In this document: in pieces, positions 28,624-38,466 of the stretch
How the letters are laid out: the number at the start of each line of letters is the position of its first letter
How positions within the stretch are numbered: the stretch's first letter is position 1
DNA from: Promethearchaeota archaeon
GTDB lineage: Archaea > Asgardarchaeota > Lokiarchaeia > Sigyniarchaeales > SOKP01
Length of the DNA stretch: 64,000 nt
Direction: 5' to 3'
Assembly: GCA_030599585.1 (NCBI GenBank)
Contig: JAUVNS010000003.1
Span: 224,001-288,000 of the forward strand
Program-made: the position numbers and the translations under genes
The notes under the pieces: model-generated
Database searches by the model: none
Told to the model about the DNA's origin: nothing
Seen by the model: only the letters and a program-made list of their open reading frames with translations

Positions 28624-30204
28624 TTACATGAAAGTAATAATCACATTGTATTTTTTAATTTCTGATTCTACTTTAGCCTTACCAAGTGGAGTGAGAGTTA
28701 CTATATCGTTGCTTTTTATTTTTAGTGTCGTTAGTTTTATGGTTGGGTCTTTAAATTCACCACTCATGTAAGGATTCCAATACATTTCTTTATTAACAGG
28801 ATTGGTGATCATCCAGAGAATGGGTTCTATCTCGTGACCTACTATTCTCATAGCTTTGAAAATATAGCCTATATCGGCATCAAAAGGAACGACTAATTGT
28901 ACATTTTCTTCGCCTTCAATATCTCCACAAGCTAAACAATCTCCCCGCTTTGTAATATGTAATTGATCAAATTGGCCGTAAACGCCATTATAATTAATAT
29001 AAGGAGGATCCATAGGTGGGCCGATATTTCTCCCATGTAATCGAAATAACAATTTTAAGGCTTCTTGTGATTGAATGCTAGAAATTATAGAACTCACTGA
29101 TTGAATTGCTGCAATTTTATTACCTAGGATATTTTCCATTTCTTCAAATTTATAATCTTCTCCGAATGTATCTTTAATATTTTCTTTCCACTCTGTAATC
29201 TCTTCTGGCGTAAGCGTTTCCAACTTCTCTTCAGAAACGTTCTCCTTGAAAACTCTGCCCCTTAAAGCCTCCAATTCTTTTTGAGCTAAAGCCTTTAAAT
29301 TTACCACGTCATCGTCAACATTCATATCCGGTTTAAAACCGTATTCTTTTTCGAAGATAACCTCCGCTTTTATAACGCAATGGTTTCTATTCCTTGGAAG
29401 CCCTTTTAAAGTACACGCCGCAACTAATTTATCGTCGGCAGGAGGGATTGGAACTAAACATCGGTAACAAGGCGTTATATTTATAACATCCTCAGCGTAT
29501 TTTTTATCAAATTCTTCTTCTACTTGTTTTCTTACTAACCTTCTAAACGGTTCGAGTTTTTCTTGCTTCAATCTCTCTATCAAGTATTCTAGTTGTTCTA
29601 TTTCTTTTTGTGCATCTAAGTACTCTGGATTATCATATTCCCACATTATCATGTCTACAACATTTTCGATTTCAAATTCTCTATTTTTATATTCGAGCCC
29701 TGAATCTTTAGGGATGACTACTTGTACGTGACCCTCAAACCCTACTGTTCCTCCCTCTACCATTGGTTTTTTTATCCGAAGACAAATTTTATTCAAATCT
29801 AACCTTGCATTAAAGTTATCTAAGGCAGCAATGATGACATCGCATTCTTCGTACACTGACATTGCTAATTTCTGGAGCTTTTCAAAATAAAAATCAACAT
29901 TCAAGAATGGATTCATATCTTTTAGCCTCTCAGCTGCGACTTCTGCTTTAGGACGACCCTCATCCCCCGGTTTGAATAACATTTGGCGGGATAAATTAGA
30001 TGTTTCAATGGTATCGAGGTCTACTAAAACTATTTTTCCAATACCCATTAATGCAAAATCCTTTGCTATTTCGCAACCTAAAGCTCCTACACCAACGATC
30101 ATGACACAACCTTTACTTACAATTTCTTGATCCCAACCGTCGATTAATTGTTGACGGGCGTACATCCGGGATTTTCTGATATCTTCCTTATTTGTTACTG
30201 TCAT
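28624..30204 (-). CDS. Ubiquitin-like activating enzyme E1 (UBA2/UBA3-like)
   Basis: GVGALG, DLDTIETSNLSRQ, CYRC and CLAC zinc pairs, catalytic ACTLKGLPRNRNHC. Confidence 0.9.
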   Translation of the reverse strand: MTVTNKEDIRKSRMYARQQLIDGWDQEIVSKGCVMIVGVGALGCEIAKDFALMGIGKIVLVDLDTIETSNLSRQMLFKPGDEGRPKAEVAAERLKDMNPFLNVDFYFEKLQKLAMSVYEECDVIIAALDNFNARLDLNKICLRIKKPMVEGGTVGFEGHVQVVIPKDSGLEYKNREFEIENVVDMIMWEYDNPEYLDAQKEIEQLEYLIERLKQEKLEPFRRLVRKQVEEEFDKKYAEDVINITPCYRCLVPIPPADDKLVAACTLKGLPRNRNHCVIKAEVIFEKEYGFKPDMNVDDDVVNLKALAQKELEALRGRVFKENVSEEKLETLTPEEITEWKENIKDTFGEDYKFEEMENILGNKIAAIQSVSSIISSIQSQEALKLLFRLHGRNIGPPMDPPYINYNGVYGQFDQLHITKRGDCLACGDIEGEENVQLVVPFDADIGYIFKAMRIVGHEIEPILWMITNPVNKEMYWNPYMSGEFKDPTIKLTTLKIKSNDIVTLTPLGKAKVESEIKKYNVIITFM

Positions 30205-30499
30205 TTTTAATATCCCTAAATTTTATTACAATATATATTAATTATCCTTCACGAAAATTTAAATTCTTTTAGTGTTTCTTTTTGAGAAAGCCTTGTTTAA
30301 TCAATATCATCCATATAGCTCTCCCTATTTTCCAATTTTTACTTATTGGTATTTTCAGATGTAATGTTTCTCTTCCAGACGATTTGCACTTAACAAGTTG
30401 GAATTACAGTGTTGTCAGGAATTAATATTATAGGTTTAGTTTACGAAAGAATATTATATAAAAAAGTAAACAAAAGAGATATAGGTTAAGAAATTAATA

Positions 30500-33400
30500 T
30501 TATTTGTTTTTTGAAATATCCTTCAACATTTTCTTTATTTCGTCTGCTTTTTCTTTATCCTTAGCAAGTTCGGCTTCCTTTTTCTTGTCTTCTACTGATT
30601 TTTTTGATTTAGACAATTCAAGTGTTAATTCTTGCTTCAAAGTTAATAAGTTCTGCATGTCCTTACGGAATTCCTTTGATTTAGAAATAACTAGTTCTTT
30701 TCTCTGTAGAGACTGAAACTCTTCTTTTCCCTTTTTAATTTTAATTAGGTTTGAAATTTCTCCTGATAATATACTTACTTCTTTTATTGTACCTTTAATT
30801 TTTTGTGTTTCCTCTTTCTTTTTACGCTCATCTTTTAACTTCTGGTTTTCTAGTTCTTCGTGTATTTTTTTTATTCTCTGATTACTTTCTATTACTTTTT
30901 GCTCGAATTTTTTCGCGTTCTCAATCTCTTTCTTAATGAATTTTGTTTGTTCGCTCCAACCAATTGCTTTAAACTTAGTAATGGCGGTATTAAATTTCAA
31001 GTAAGCAGCCTTAAACTCATATTTAGCTATCATTTCTTTCCCTTCATCTATAAGCCTTAATCCTTCTTCTTTTATTTTTTCATTTTGTTTCTGAGTTTCG
31101 TATAACTTCTTAAATTTCTTTTGTTGCTCTCCCTTTCTAATCTCAGTTTCCATTTGTTGTTTCCTTATCTCTTCGCGAAAAAGTTCATATTCTCGTTGTC
31201 TTTTAATGTTAATCTCTTCTTCTATTTTTTTCTTTTCTAAGTAATTTTCTTTTTCATGGATTAAATCGTTGATTAAAGTGGTTAAATTAGTAATTTCGGG
31301 TTCCCAACCTATTTTTTCAGCTAACAAATTTCTTGCTTGAATGTACAAAGATATTGCTTTATCGTAATCAGGAGTGCTCATTTTGATATATTTTCCGCCA
31401 TCTTCTAGAAGTGAATATGCTGCTTCTCTAAATGTCAATTGGTCTTGAATAATTCTCTCTCTTTGTTTAGTTGCAATCTGCTGAGCTTTCTTCTTTTCCC
31501 TTTCTTGATGTCTTCTTTCCTTTAAGATGCTTTCCAAATTCCTTTCCTCTTTTAGCAGTTCTAATTCTCTTTTTAACTTTTGCTCCTTCTCTCGTCCTCT
31601 TCGTCTTTTAAGCACTTCCGCTTTTACGATCATGCTGCTAATGGAATCTGTTGGAAAATTGATTTCATTTAGAATAAACATCGCCTTCCGATAACTCATA
31701 ATAGCTAATTCGAACTTAGAATTGTTAATGTGTAGTTCAGCGTCATCTAAAATATTAAAAGCTTCCTCTTTCTTTCTTTCTACAAGGACTTGCGTTAAAA
31801 TTAATTTTTCAACTTCAACCTTTTTTAACTTTAAGCGCTCTCTTTCTCTGCTGATATTTTCCGCAACTTTCTTTTGAAAATCAATCTCCTCACGCTCTTT
31901 TTCAAGTTTTCGTTCAAGTACTTTTTGTTTTTGGAGGTCATTGACTCTCTTCTTCTCTTTAAATCGTGCAATTAACTCTTTAATCGAATTTGTAGGGTAG
32001 TTAATTTCATTTAATACTAACTCTGCGCTTCTATAATATTCTAATGCTTTATCGTAATCGGCATGTTTGATATATACTTCAGCTTCGTCAAACAATTCAA
32101 AAGCAGCTTCTTTGCGTTTCTCCAAATGTAGTTTAAGGTCTTCTTGCTTCTTAATTTTAATTTGTTTAACTCTCATTTGTTCTTCTTCGTATTTCATGGT
32201 ATCAGCAATGGTCTGAAGAAAGTGTTTTTCTTTCTCTTGTTTTCTAATACCATATTCTAATTCTTGTTGTTTGGTTACATTGGCCTCCCGTTTTTTTTCT
32301 TGGATTTTTATTATAGTATCTTTTATTATTTCAGTAGGAAACTGAATTTGAATTAAGATCAACTCTGCATCATAATACTTTTCTATAGATTCCTCATACT
32401 TCCCTTCTTTTAATAGTTGTTCTGCTTTGTCCATTATGGAAAAAGCTTCCAGCTTTTTTGTCTCCATCAATTTTTTCAGATCTTCTCTTTTAAGAAGCTC
32501 GATCTTCTTTGATAGCATTTTTTCCCTTTCTTTTTGAAAACTTTCTGTCACTTTTCTCTCAAATACTCTTTCTTCCTCTACTTGTTTTCGTAGTTTTTCT
32601 TTTTCGAGTAATTTTTGGCGCTCTTTTTCGTCTCTTTTAAATTGCAGATTTCGACTTGACTCTTCTAATAATGAAATGTAGTTTCCCGTCCACCCTAACT
32701 GTTTAAGTAAATTGAGTGCATTTTGATAAGCTTCAATGGCTTTATCATAATTCTCTTGTGCTAAAAAGATATCAGCGTCTTCAATGATCTTGAACGCTTC
32801 TTGTTGTTTTAAAATACTCTGGGAGCTCAATTCCTTTTTTGTTTCTAAAATTGCCCTTTTTTTTTCGATTAATCTTTTTTCTCTTTCTCTTCGGATTTTA
32901 AGATTATTAAGAAATTGCCTGTGTTCGGCATCTTCTTTGATTAATTGCTCGAACTCCCTTTGTTTCCTAATTTCTATTTCCTTCTTTTCGTTTTCGATTT
33001 TGTTAATCGTCTGGTTAATAAACACAATTTCTTCGATCCATTGAATTTGAGCGAAAATTTGATTTACATTTCTATAACTTTCAACTGCTAAATCGAATTC
33101 TCCTAATGAAAGATAATTTTGAGCTTCATCCAGGACTTTAAACGCTTCTTCCTTTTGTCTCTCTCTAAAATTAATTTCATTTTCGCGTTCTTTCTTGACT
33201 ATCTCTCTTTCTTCTAGTTTTTTTCTCTTACCTTTCATCTCTTTGATGATTTTTTCTTGAAATCCTCTATCCTCTCTTTCTTTGCTAATAAGAATTTCCA
33301 TATCTCTTTGTTTTTTGAGATAAGCATCCCGTTTTTTATTTTCGATCTCGATTATTGCATTCCCTACTCTTTCCATTTCACCATACCATTGAATTTCAGC

Positions 33401-35425
33401 AAAAATACCAGTTACCTGCTGGTAGAATTCAATCACTTTATCAAAATCGCCTTTCTCTAGATAGACTTGAGCATCTTCCAATATCTTAAAAGCCTCCATT
33501 TTTCTCTTCTCTCGATGTATCAATTCCGCTTTTTGATCTCTTAACAAGATTTTTTTGTCTTTTAATCTCTCTTTTTCTAATTGGAGCTGTTTTGATATCT
33601 GTTCCTGAAACTGTTGTTCAACCTTAAATTGCTCTATAGATTTCATCAAATCTTTTTGTTTTGTTAACAATTGTTCTCTTTTCCTATTTTCTAATTCTCT
33701 TATAGAATTTTCAATTAAATGTAATTCATCGTTCCATTGTATGCTTGCGAAGATATTTCCCGCTTCCTGATAAGCAGCTATTGCGTTATCTAACTCAGAT
33801 TTTCTTACGAAATTATCTGCTTCATCTAAAGCTTTATACGCGTCAAGTTTACGAGTTTCGCGTTCTTCTAATTCTTCTCTTTTTTCTTGTAGAACGACTT
33901 CTCTCTGCCTTATTTTTTCTCTTTCCTTTGCTAACTCTATTGATGTGAGCTGCTGAAACTCTATATCACTTTTTCTGCGTTGGTTTAATTTAGTTTGGTG
34001 TTCTAAATCTTTGTCAATTTTGTTTTCTTCTAACTTTTTAATACTTAAAATAGTCTCTTCAATTGTAGGAGCATGAGATTCCCAATCTGTCCCTAATTCC
34101 TTTAGATATCCTAATGCTTCCGTGTACCTATTAATAGCTTTGTTATAATCAGATTCTTCCCGTAGTATTCTATCAGCATCGGTTAAAATTGTAAACAACT
34201 TCTCTTCTTTCCTCAAATTTTCTTTTCTTTTTTGTTCGTATTCTAATCTTAACTTGTCCAGTTCTCTTGCGTTTTCAATAATTTCATCTTTTTCCTTAAA
34301 ATATATCGTATCTTGTAGGAGTTTTAGCTGGCTCTCCCGTTTTTGCCTCAAAATATTCTCTTCTTCTTTATTCGCCTGCTTAATTTCTATATTTTTAATA
34401 AAGTTGATAACTGGTTGAATGTAAGAATCCCATTCAATGGATTTAAACAATTCAATTGCTTTCTGAAATTTATTAACCGCTTGATCGTATTTCTTCTCTC
34501 TTTCCAATTTTTTACCAAAGTCCACTAAATTAAATGCTTCAATTTGTATTTTTTCTTCATCTCTATAGATATCTGTTCTTACCTCTTCGTACTCATCAGT
34601 TTGTTCTTTAGTAAATATTGGTTCTATTCGCTTTTGAGATCTAAATTGCTCAAACTCTTTTTTATCATTTTTTAATTTTTCAATAATTATGTTAATACTC
34701 TTAGTTTGGTCGTGCCATCCTATAGAATTCAATAAATTTTCGGCATTTTCGTAATTCTCAATTGCTTTATCGAAATTTCTATCGGATTCAAAAAATTTTG
34801 CATTATCGATAAACTCAAACGCATCCTTTTGTATTTCCTCCTCTCGCTGTTTCATAGCTTTAAATTTCTTTAATTCTTCTGCTTTTGCTGCACTTTTTTT
34901 AACGCCAAATGCGCTAACAACTTGTGGTTCGATTTCTTGACGAATATTAACTTGTTCTTGACCTTCCCCAATCTTGGTTTCAGTCACTGATTTATGGTGT
35001 TTTAACTTTTCTGATAATGTTATAAGTTTGCTTTGCAAATTACTTAATTGGGCTTCAGACCAACCTGTTTGAATTAGTAATTTGATTGCTGTATCATATT
35101 GCTCAATTGCATCTCCCAAAAATCCGTCTGTTTCTAATTTTTGAGCTCCATCCAACAAAGAAAAAGCTTGGTCTTGTAATTGCTCAAGTTGATTTTTCGC
35201 TTTCGCTTGATCATATATTATCTCTTGTTTTGCTAAATCTTTTAACTCTTCGATCCTGGAATAAATATCACTTATCTTATCCATCATAAAGCCGCTATTT
35301 TTAAGATAACTTGCTGCTAACTCATAACTCTCCACAGCTTTTTCTAAATTTTTTTCATTCTCAAATTTTTGAGCTAAATTAAGATACTTTAAAGCTTCTT
35401 GAGCAAGTTCTTCATTTCCCAACAT
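30500..35425 (-). CDS. Giant TPR/MIT-like repeat and coiled-coil protein
   Basis: 14 copies of AFxxLDxA...YDxAIxxY..A...W separated by E/K/R-rich helices. Confidence 0.8.
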   Translation of the reverse strand: MLGNEELAQEALKYLNLAQKFENEKNLEKAVESYELAASYLKNSGFMMDKISDIYSRIEELKDLAKQEIIYDQAKAKNQLEQLQDQAFSLLDGAQKLETDGFLGDAIEQYDTAIKLLIQTGWSEAQLSNLQSKLITLSEKLKHHKSVTETKIGEGQEQVNIRQEIEPQVVSAFGVKKSAAKAEELKKFKAMKQREEEIQKDAFEFIDNAKFFESDRNFDKAIENYENAENLLNSIGWHDQTKSINIIIEKLKNDKKEFEQFRSQKRIEPIFTKEQTDEYEEVRTDIYRDEEKIQIEAFNLVDFGKKLEREKKYDQAVNKFQKAIELFKSIEWDSYIQPVINFIKNIEIKQANKEEENILRQKRESQLKLLQDTIYFKEKDEIIENARELDKLRLEYEQKRKENLRKEEKLFTILTDADRILREESDYNKAINRYTEALGYLKELGTDWESHAPTIEETILSIKKLEENKIDKDLEHQTKLNQRRKSDIEFQQLTSIELAKEREKIRQREVVLQEKREELEERETRKLDAYKALDEADNFVRKSELDNAIAAYQEAGNIFASIQWNDELHLIENSIRELENRKREQLLTKQKDLMKSIEQFKVEQQFQEQISKQLQLEKERLKDKKILLRDQKAELIHREKRKMEAFKILEDAQVYLEKGDFDKVIEFYQQVTGIFAEIQWYGEMERVGNAIIEIENKKRDAYLKKQRDMEILISKEREDRGFQEKIIKEMKGKRKKLEEREIVKKERENEINFRERQKEEAFKVLDEAQNYLSLGEFDLAVESYRNVNQIFAQIQWIEEIVFINQTINKIENEKKEIEIRKQREFEQLIKEDAEHRQFLNNLKIRREREKRLIEKKRAILETKKELSSQSILKQQEAFKIIEDADIFLAQENYDKAIEAYQNALNLLKQLGWTGNYISLLEESSRNLQFKRDEKERQKLLEKEKLRKQVEEERVFERKVTESFQKEREKMLSKKIELLKREDLKKLMETKKLEAFSIMDKAEQLLKEGKYEESIEKYYDAELILIQIQFPTEIIKDTIIKIQEKKREANVTKQQELEYGIRKQEKEKHFLQTIADTMKYEEEQMRVKQIKIKKQEDLKLHLEKRKEAAFELFDEAEVYIKHADYDKALEYYRSAELVLNEINYPTNSIKELIARFKEKKRVNDLQKQKVLERKLEKEREEIDFQKKVAENISRERERLKLKKVEVEKLILTQVLVERKKEEAFNILDDAELHINNSKFELAIMSYRKAMFILNEINFPTDSISSMIVKAEVLKRRRGREKEQKLKRELELLKEERNLESILKERRHQEREKKKAQQIATKQRERIIQDQLTFREAAYSLLEDGGKYIKMSTPDYDKAISLYIQARNLLAEKIGWEPEITNLTTLINDLIHEKENYLEKKKIEEEINIKRQREYELFREEIRKQQMETEIRKGEQQKKFKKLYETQKQNEKIKEEGLRLIDEGKEMIAKYEFKAAYLKFNTAITKFKAIGWSEQTKFIKKEIENAKKFEQKVIESNQRIKKIHEELENQKLKDERKKKEETQKIKGTIKEVSILSGEISNLIKIKKGKEEFQSLQRKELVISKSKEFRKDMQNLLTLKQELTLELSKSKKSVEDKKKEAELAKDKEKADEIKKMLKDISKNK

Positions 35426-35606
35426 CTTTATCTAAAACCCTCTTTTAATATTTCTTTAAAAGTATAAGTGAAGCGTGAATTTATTGATTGTTCCTACAAT
35501 AAATTAAACCGATTTATTAATTAAACTTTTTATATTTACATGATTAATTTTATATTAAAAACTAACCTTTAAACTCATTTTCAAAAAATTAAGAAGAGGA
35601 ACATTC

Positions 35607-37571
35607 GTGAAAAGTAAATTTAAGATTACCATCGATATTGAACCGATCTCGAGAAGGCTCTTCTACACCGAAGATGAAACATTATACGAATTACTGATCA
35701 ATTCAGGTATCCATGTGCGGTCCCTTTGTGGTGGTAAGGGAACATGTGGAAAGTGCAAAATACTGGTTCAAGAAGGAATGAATTTTTTAAACACTCCAAC
35801 AAACTCTGAAATGGAATATCTTACGCAGTTGGAGATTAGAGAAAAGTGGCGATTGGCTTGTCAATGTAGAGTAAAAAAAACCCAAATTCAGTCAATTAAA
35901 ACTCATCAACCGCCCCAGATAAGGATATTTCTTCCTAAAGATTTACTATCAGAAGATTTTAAGATATTAACTTCGGGAAAATCTAAAATAATAAACCTTA
36001 ACCCGAACGTAAAGAAAATTTATGTTGAAATTAATAAACCAAATTTAGAAAACCCAGTTCCAGATATTGAAAGAATTATATCCTCACTTTCGTCAATCAA
36101 GGATAATAAAGGGATTTATAGCGATCTCTCGTTTGAAGTCGACACTATAAGAAAAATACCCCTAATTTTAAGAGAAGACCAACATCGTATTTCGTTAACA
36201 GTATACAATAATAAAGAGGTAATAGATTGCGAAGCAGGTAATAAAACCGAAGATTGTTTCGGAATCGCATTTGACATTGGAACTACAACTATTGTTGGGT
36301 ATTTAATCAATTTGCACAATGGAAAAATATATTCAATTGCATCAGCTCTTAATCCACAGACAGCCTACGGAGAAGATGTTATTTCGCGTATAACATACAT
36401 TAAAGACAATCCCGCAGGGCTTGGAAAATTAAATTCTATTCTGATAGAATCTTTGAACTCAATAATAAAAGAAACTAGTGCTATTGCTAAAGTCTTAACT
36501 AGTCAAATATATGAGGCAACAATCGTGGGAAATTCGGTTATGCATCACATATTCCTCAATATAAATCCTACATATATTGGTTTAAGTCCTTATGTGCCTG
36601 CACTGAAGAGTGACTTAAACGTGAAGGCTAAAGATGTAAACCTTGAGATTTCAAAAAGCGGTTATGTTTATGTATTACCGGTAATTGCTGGATTCGTTGG
36701 AGCTGATACAATGGGTGTAATTATTTCATCAGAGATTGATAAAGAACAAGAATTAACATTAGCAATTGATGTTGGAACTAATGGTGAATTGGTTATTGGT
36801 AATAAGGATACTCTTTTTACAGGATCTTGTGCAGCAGGATCAGCCTTAGAAGGTGCTCACATTCAACACGGCATGCGAGCTGCAGCAGGAGCTATTGACA
36901 CCCTAAAAATTGATCCGGGTGATTTTAGTGTTGAATACACCACGATTAATAACAATAAACCAATAGGCTTCTGTGGTTCTGGTATTATTGATGCAGTAGC
37001 CGAAATGTTAAGAGCAAAACTGCTTACCAGAAGCGGTAACTTTAATAAAGAATTCATAGACAACGAGCGTATAATAAAAGAAGAAAAAAACCTTAAATTT
37101 ATCTTAGTAAATAAAGATGACACCCCAATTAAGAGACACATAACGATTTCACAGAATGATGTTAGAGAATTACAAATGGCAAAAGGGGCGTTCTTCTCTG
37201 GAGCTCGCTTGATTTTAAACCACTTAAATCGTGTAAACAATTCTGACCTAAAAATTCAACAAATTCTTCTAGCGGGAGCGTTTGGAAATTACATCAACAA
37301 AAATAACGCGAAATTTATTGGGATGATTCCCGATATACCCGACGATAAGCTATTTCAAATTGGAAACGCAGCAGGAGTCGGAGCGCAAAATTGTTTATTA
37401 AACGTAGATTTAAGAAAAAAAGCTCGAAAATTACAGGAAAAAATACATTACGTTGAAATTGCAGTTGAAAAAGATTTCCAAAAAGAATTTGCTTCAGCGA
37501 TGTATTTTCCTCATTTAAACTTGAATCTATTTCCAAGTCTTAAAGAGTATGCACATATCCCAAAAAGGTAA
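35607..37571 (+). CDS. ASKHA-domain reductive activator of corrinoid proteins (RACo/DUF4445) with 2Fe-2S domain
   Basis: CGGKGTCGKC...RLACQ, FDIGTTT, YGEDVISRI, GFVGAD, DVGTNGE, AGAFG. Confidence 0.9.
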   Translation: MKSKFKITIDIEPISRRLFYTEDETLYELLINSGIHVRSLCGGKGTCGKCKILVQEGMNFLNTPTNSEMEYLTQLEIREKWRLACQCRVKKTQIQSIKTHQPPQIRIFLPKDLLSEDFKILTSGKSKIINLNPNVKKIYVEINKPNLENPVPDIERIISSLSSIKDNKGIYSDLSFEVDTIRKIPLILREDQHRISLTVYNNKEVIDCEAGNKTEDCFGIAFDIGTTTIVGYLINLHNGKIYSIASALNPQTAYGEDVISRITYIKDNPAGLGKLNSILIESLNSIIKETSAIAKVLTSQIYEATIVGNSVMHHIFLNINPTYIGLSPYVPALKSDLNVKAKDVNLEISKSGYVYVLPVIAGFVGADTMGVIISSEIDKEQELTLAIDVGTNGELVIGNKDTLFTGSCAAGSALEGAHIQHGMRAAAGAIDTLKIDPGDFSVEYTTINNNKPIGFCGSGIIDAVAEMLRAKLLTRSGNFNKEFIDNERIIKEEKNLKFILVNKDDTPIKRHITISQNDVRELQMAKGAFFSGARLILNHLNRVNNSDLKIQQILLAGAFGNYINKNNAKFIGMIPDIPDDKLFQIGNAAGVGAQNCLLNVDLRKKARKLQEKIHYVEIAVEKDFQKEFASAMYFPHLNLNLFPSLKEYAHIPKR

Positions 37572-37873
37572 ATCCCTTAATAATTATTAGATGGCTCTTT
37601 TAGAACGAGAAATTGCTCCGATTTTGACTCGGAAAATATTTAAATTTGTAAGATTAATTTTAAAGACCAGAAACGTTTAATATGTTATATATATTCTACG
37701 AAAAGAGTATAAAAGTATTTAAGATATAAATATATAAAATTTTTATCAGAAATAGTATTAATATTATTAATTAAAAAGAATTAAATAAATAGAATTTAAT
37801 AATAAAGATAATAAATTATATTCAATTAATTTTTGTAATAATTTAATTACAATCTTCAAGGTAGAGGTCTTTT

Positions 37874-38401
37874 ATGTCAATTTTTAAATTAAAAGTTTTA
37901 CTTACGGGTGCTGCTGCTGTTGGAAAGACGAGTCTTGTTCAGAGATTTATCAAAAACCGATTTGCGGCGAACTACAAATTAACAGTCGGAGTAGATATTC
38001 TCACCAAAGATGTTGAGTTTAGGCAAGGCGAAGTAGCGACATTGTCGATTTGGGATATTGGCGGACAGCAACGATTCGAATTTATCCGTTCAACATTCTA
38101 CAAGGGAGCTGCTGGCGCACTATTAGTGTTTGATTTAACAAGAGAACAAACTTACATCGAAACAAGGAAATGGCTAACGGAAATACGGCAATTTAGCAAC
38201 CAAAACATCCCATTTGTATTAATCGGGAATAAAGTAGATTTAGTTGAAGATGTCGGAGAAGTAATAGATAGAGAAGAAGCTCGGGCTTTTGCTGAGGGTG
38301 AAGGAAGCATTTACATTGAGACATCCGCAAAAACAGGTATTAATGTTGACGACGCCTTTACTGAACTTACACGTAGAATTGTTGAGTCAAGAACTCAATA
38401 A
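37874..38401 (+). CDS. Rab-like small GTPase
   Basis: GAAAVGKT, TVGVD, WDIGGQ, NKVD, ETSAK. Confidence 0.92.
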   Translation: MSIFKLKVLLTGAAAVGKTSLVQRFIKNRFAANYKLTVGVDILTKDVEFRQGEVATLSIWDIGGQQRFEFIRSTFYKGAAGALLVFDLTREQTYIETRKWLTEIRQFSNQNIPFVLIGNKVDLVEDVGEVIDREEARAFAEGEGSIYIETSAKTGINVDDAFTELTRRIVESRTQ

Positions 38402-38466
38402 TCCAAATTTATTCCTTTTTTAGTTCCAAAACATAGATTTTACTACTTTTTATAATATAATTTGTT

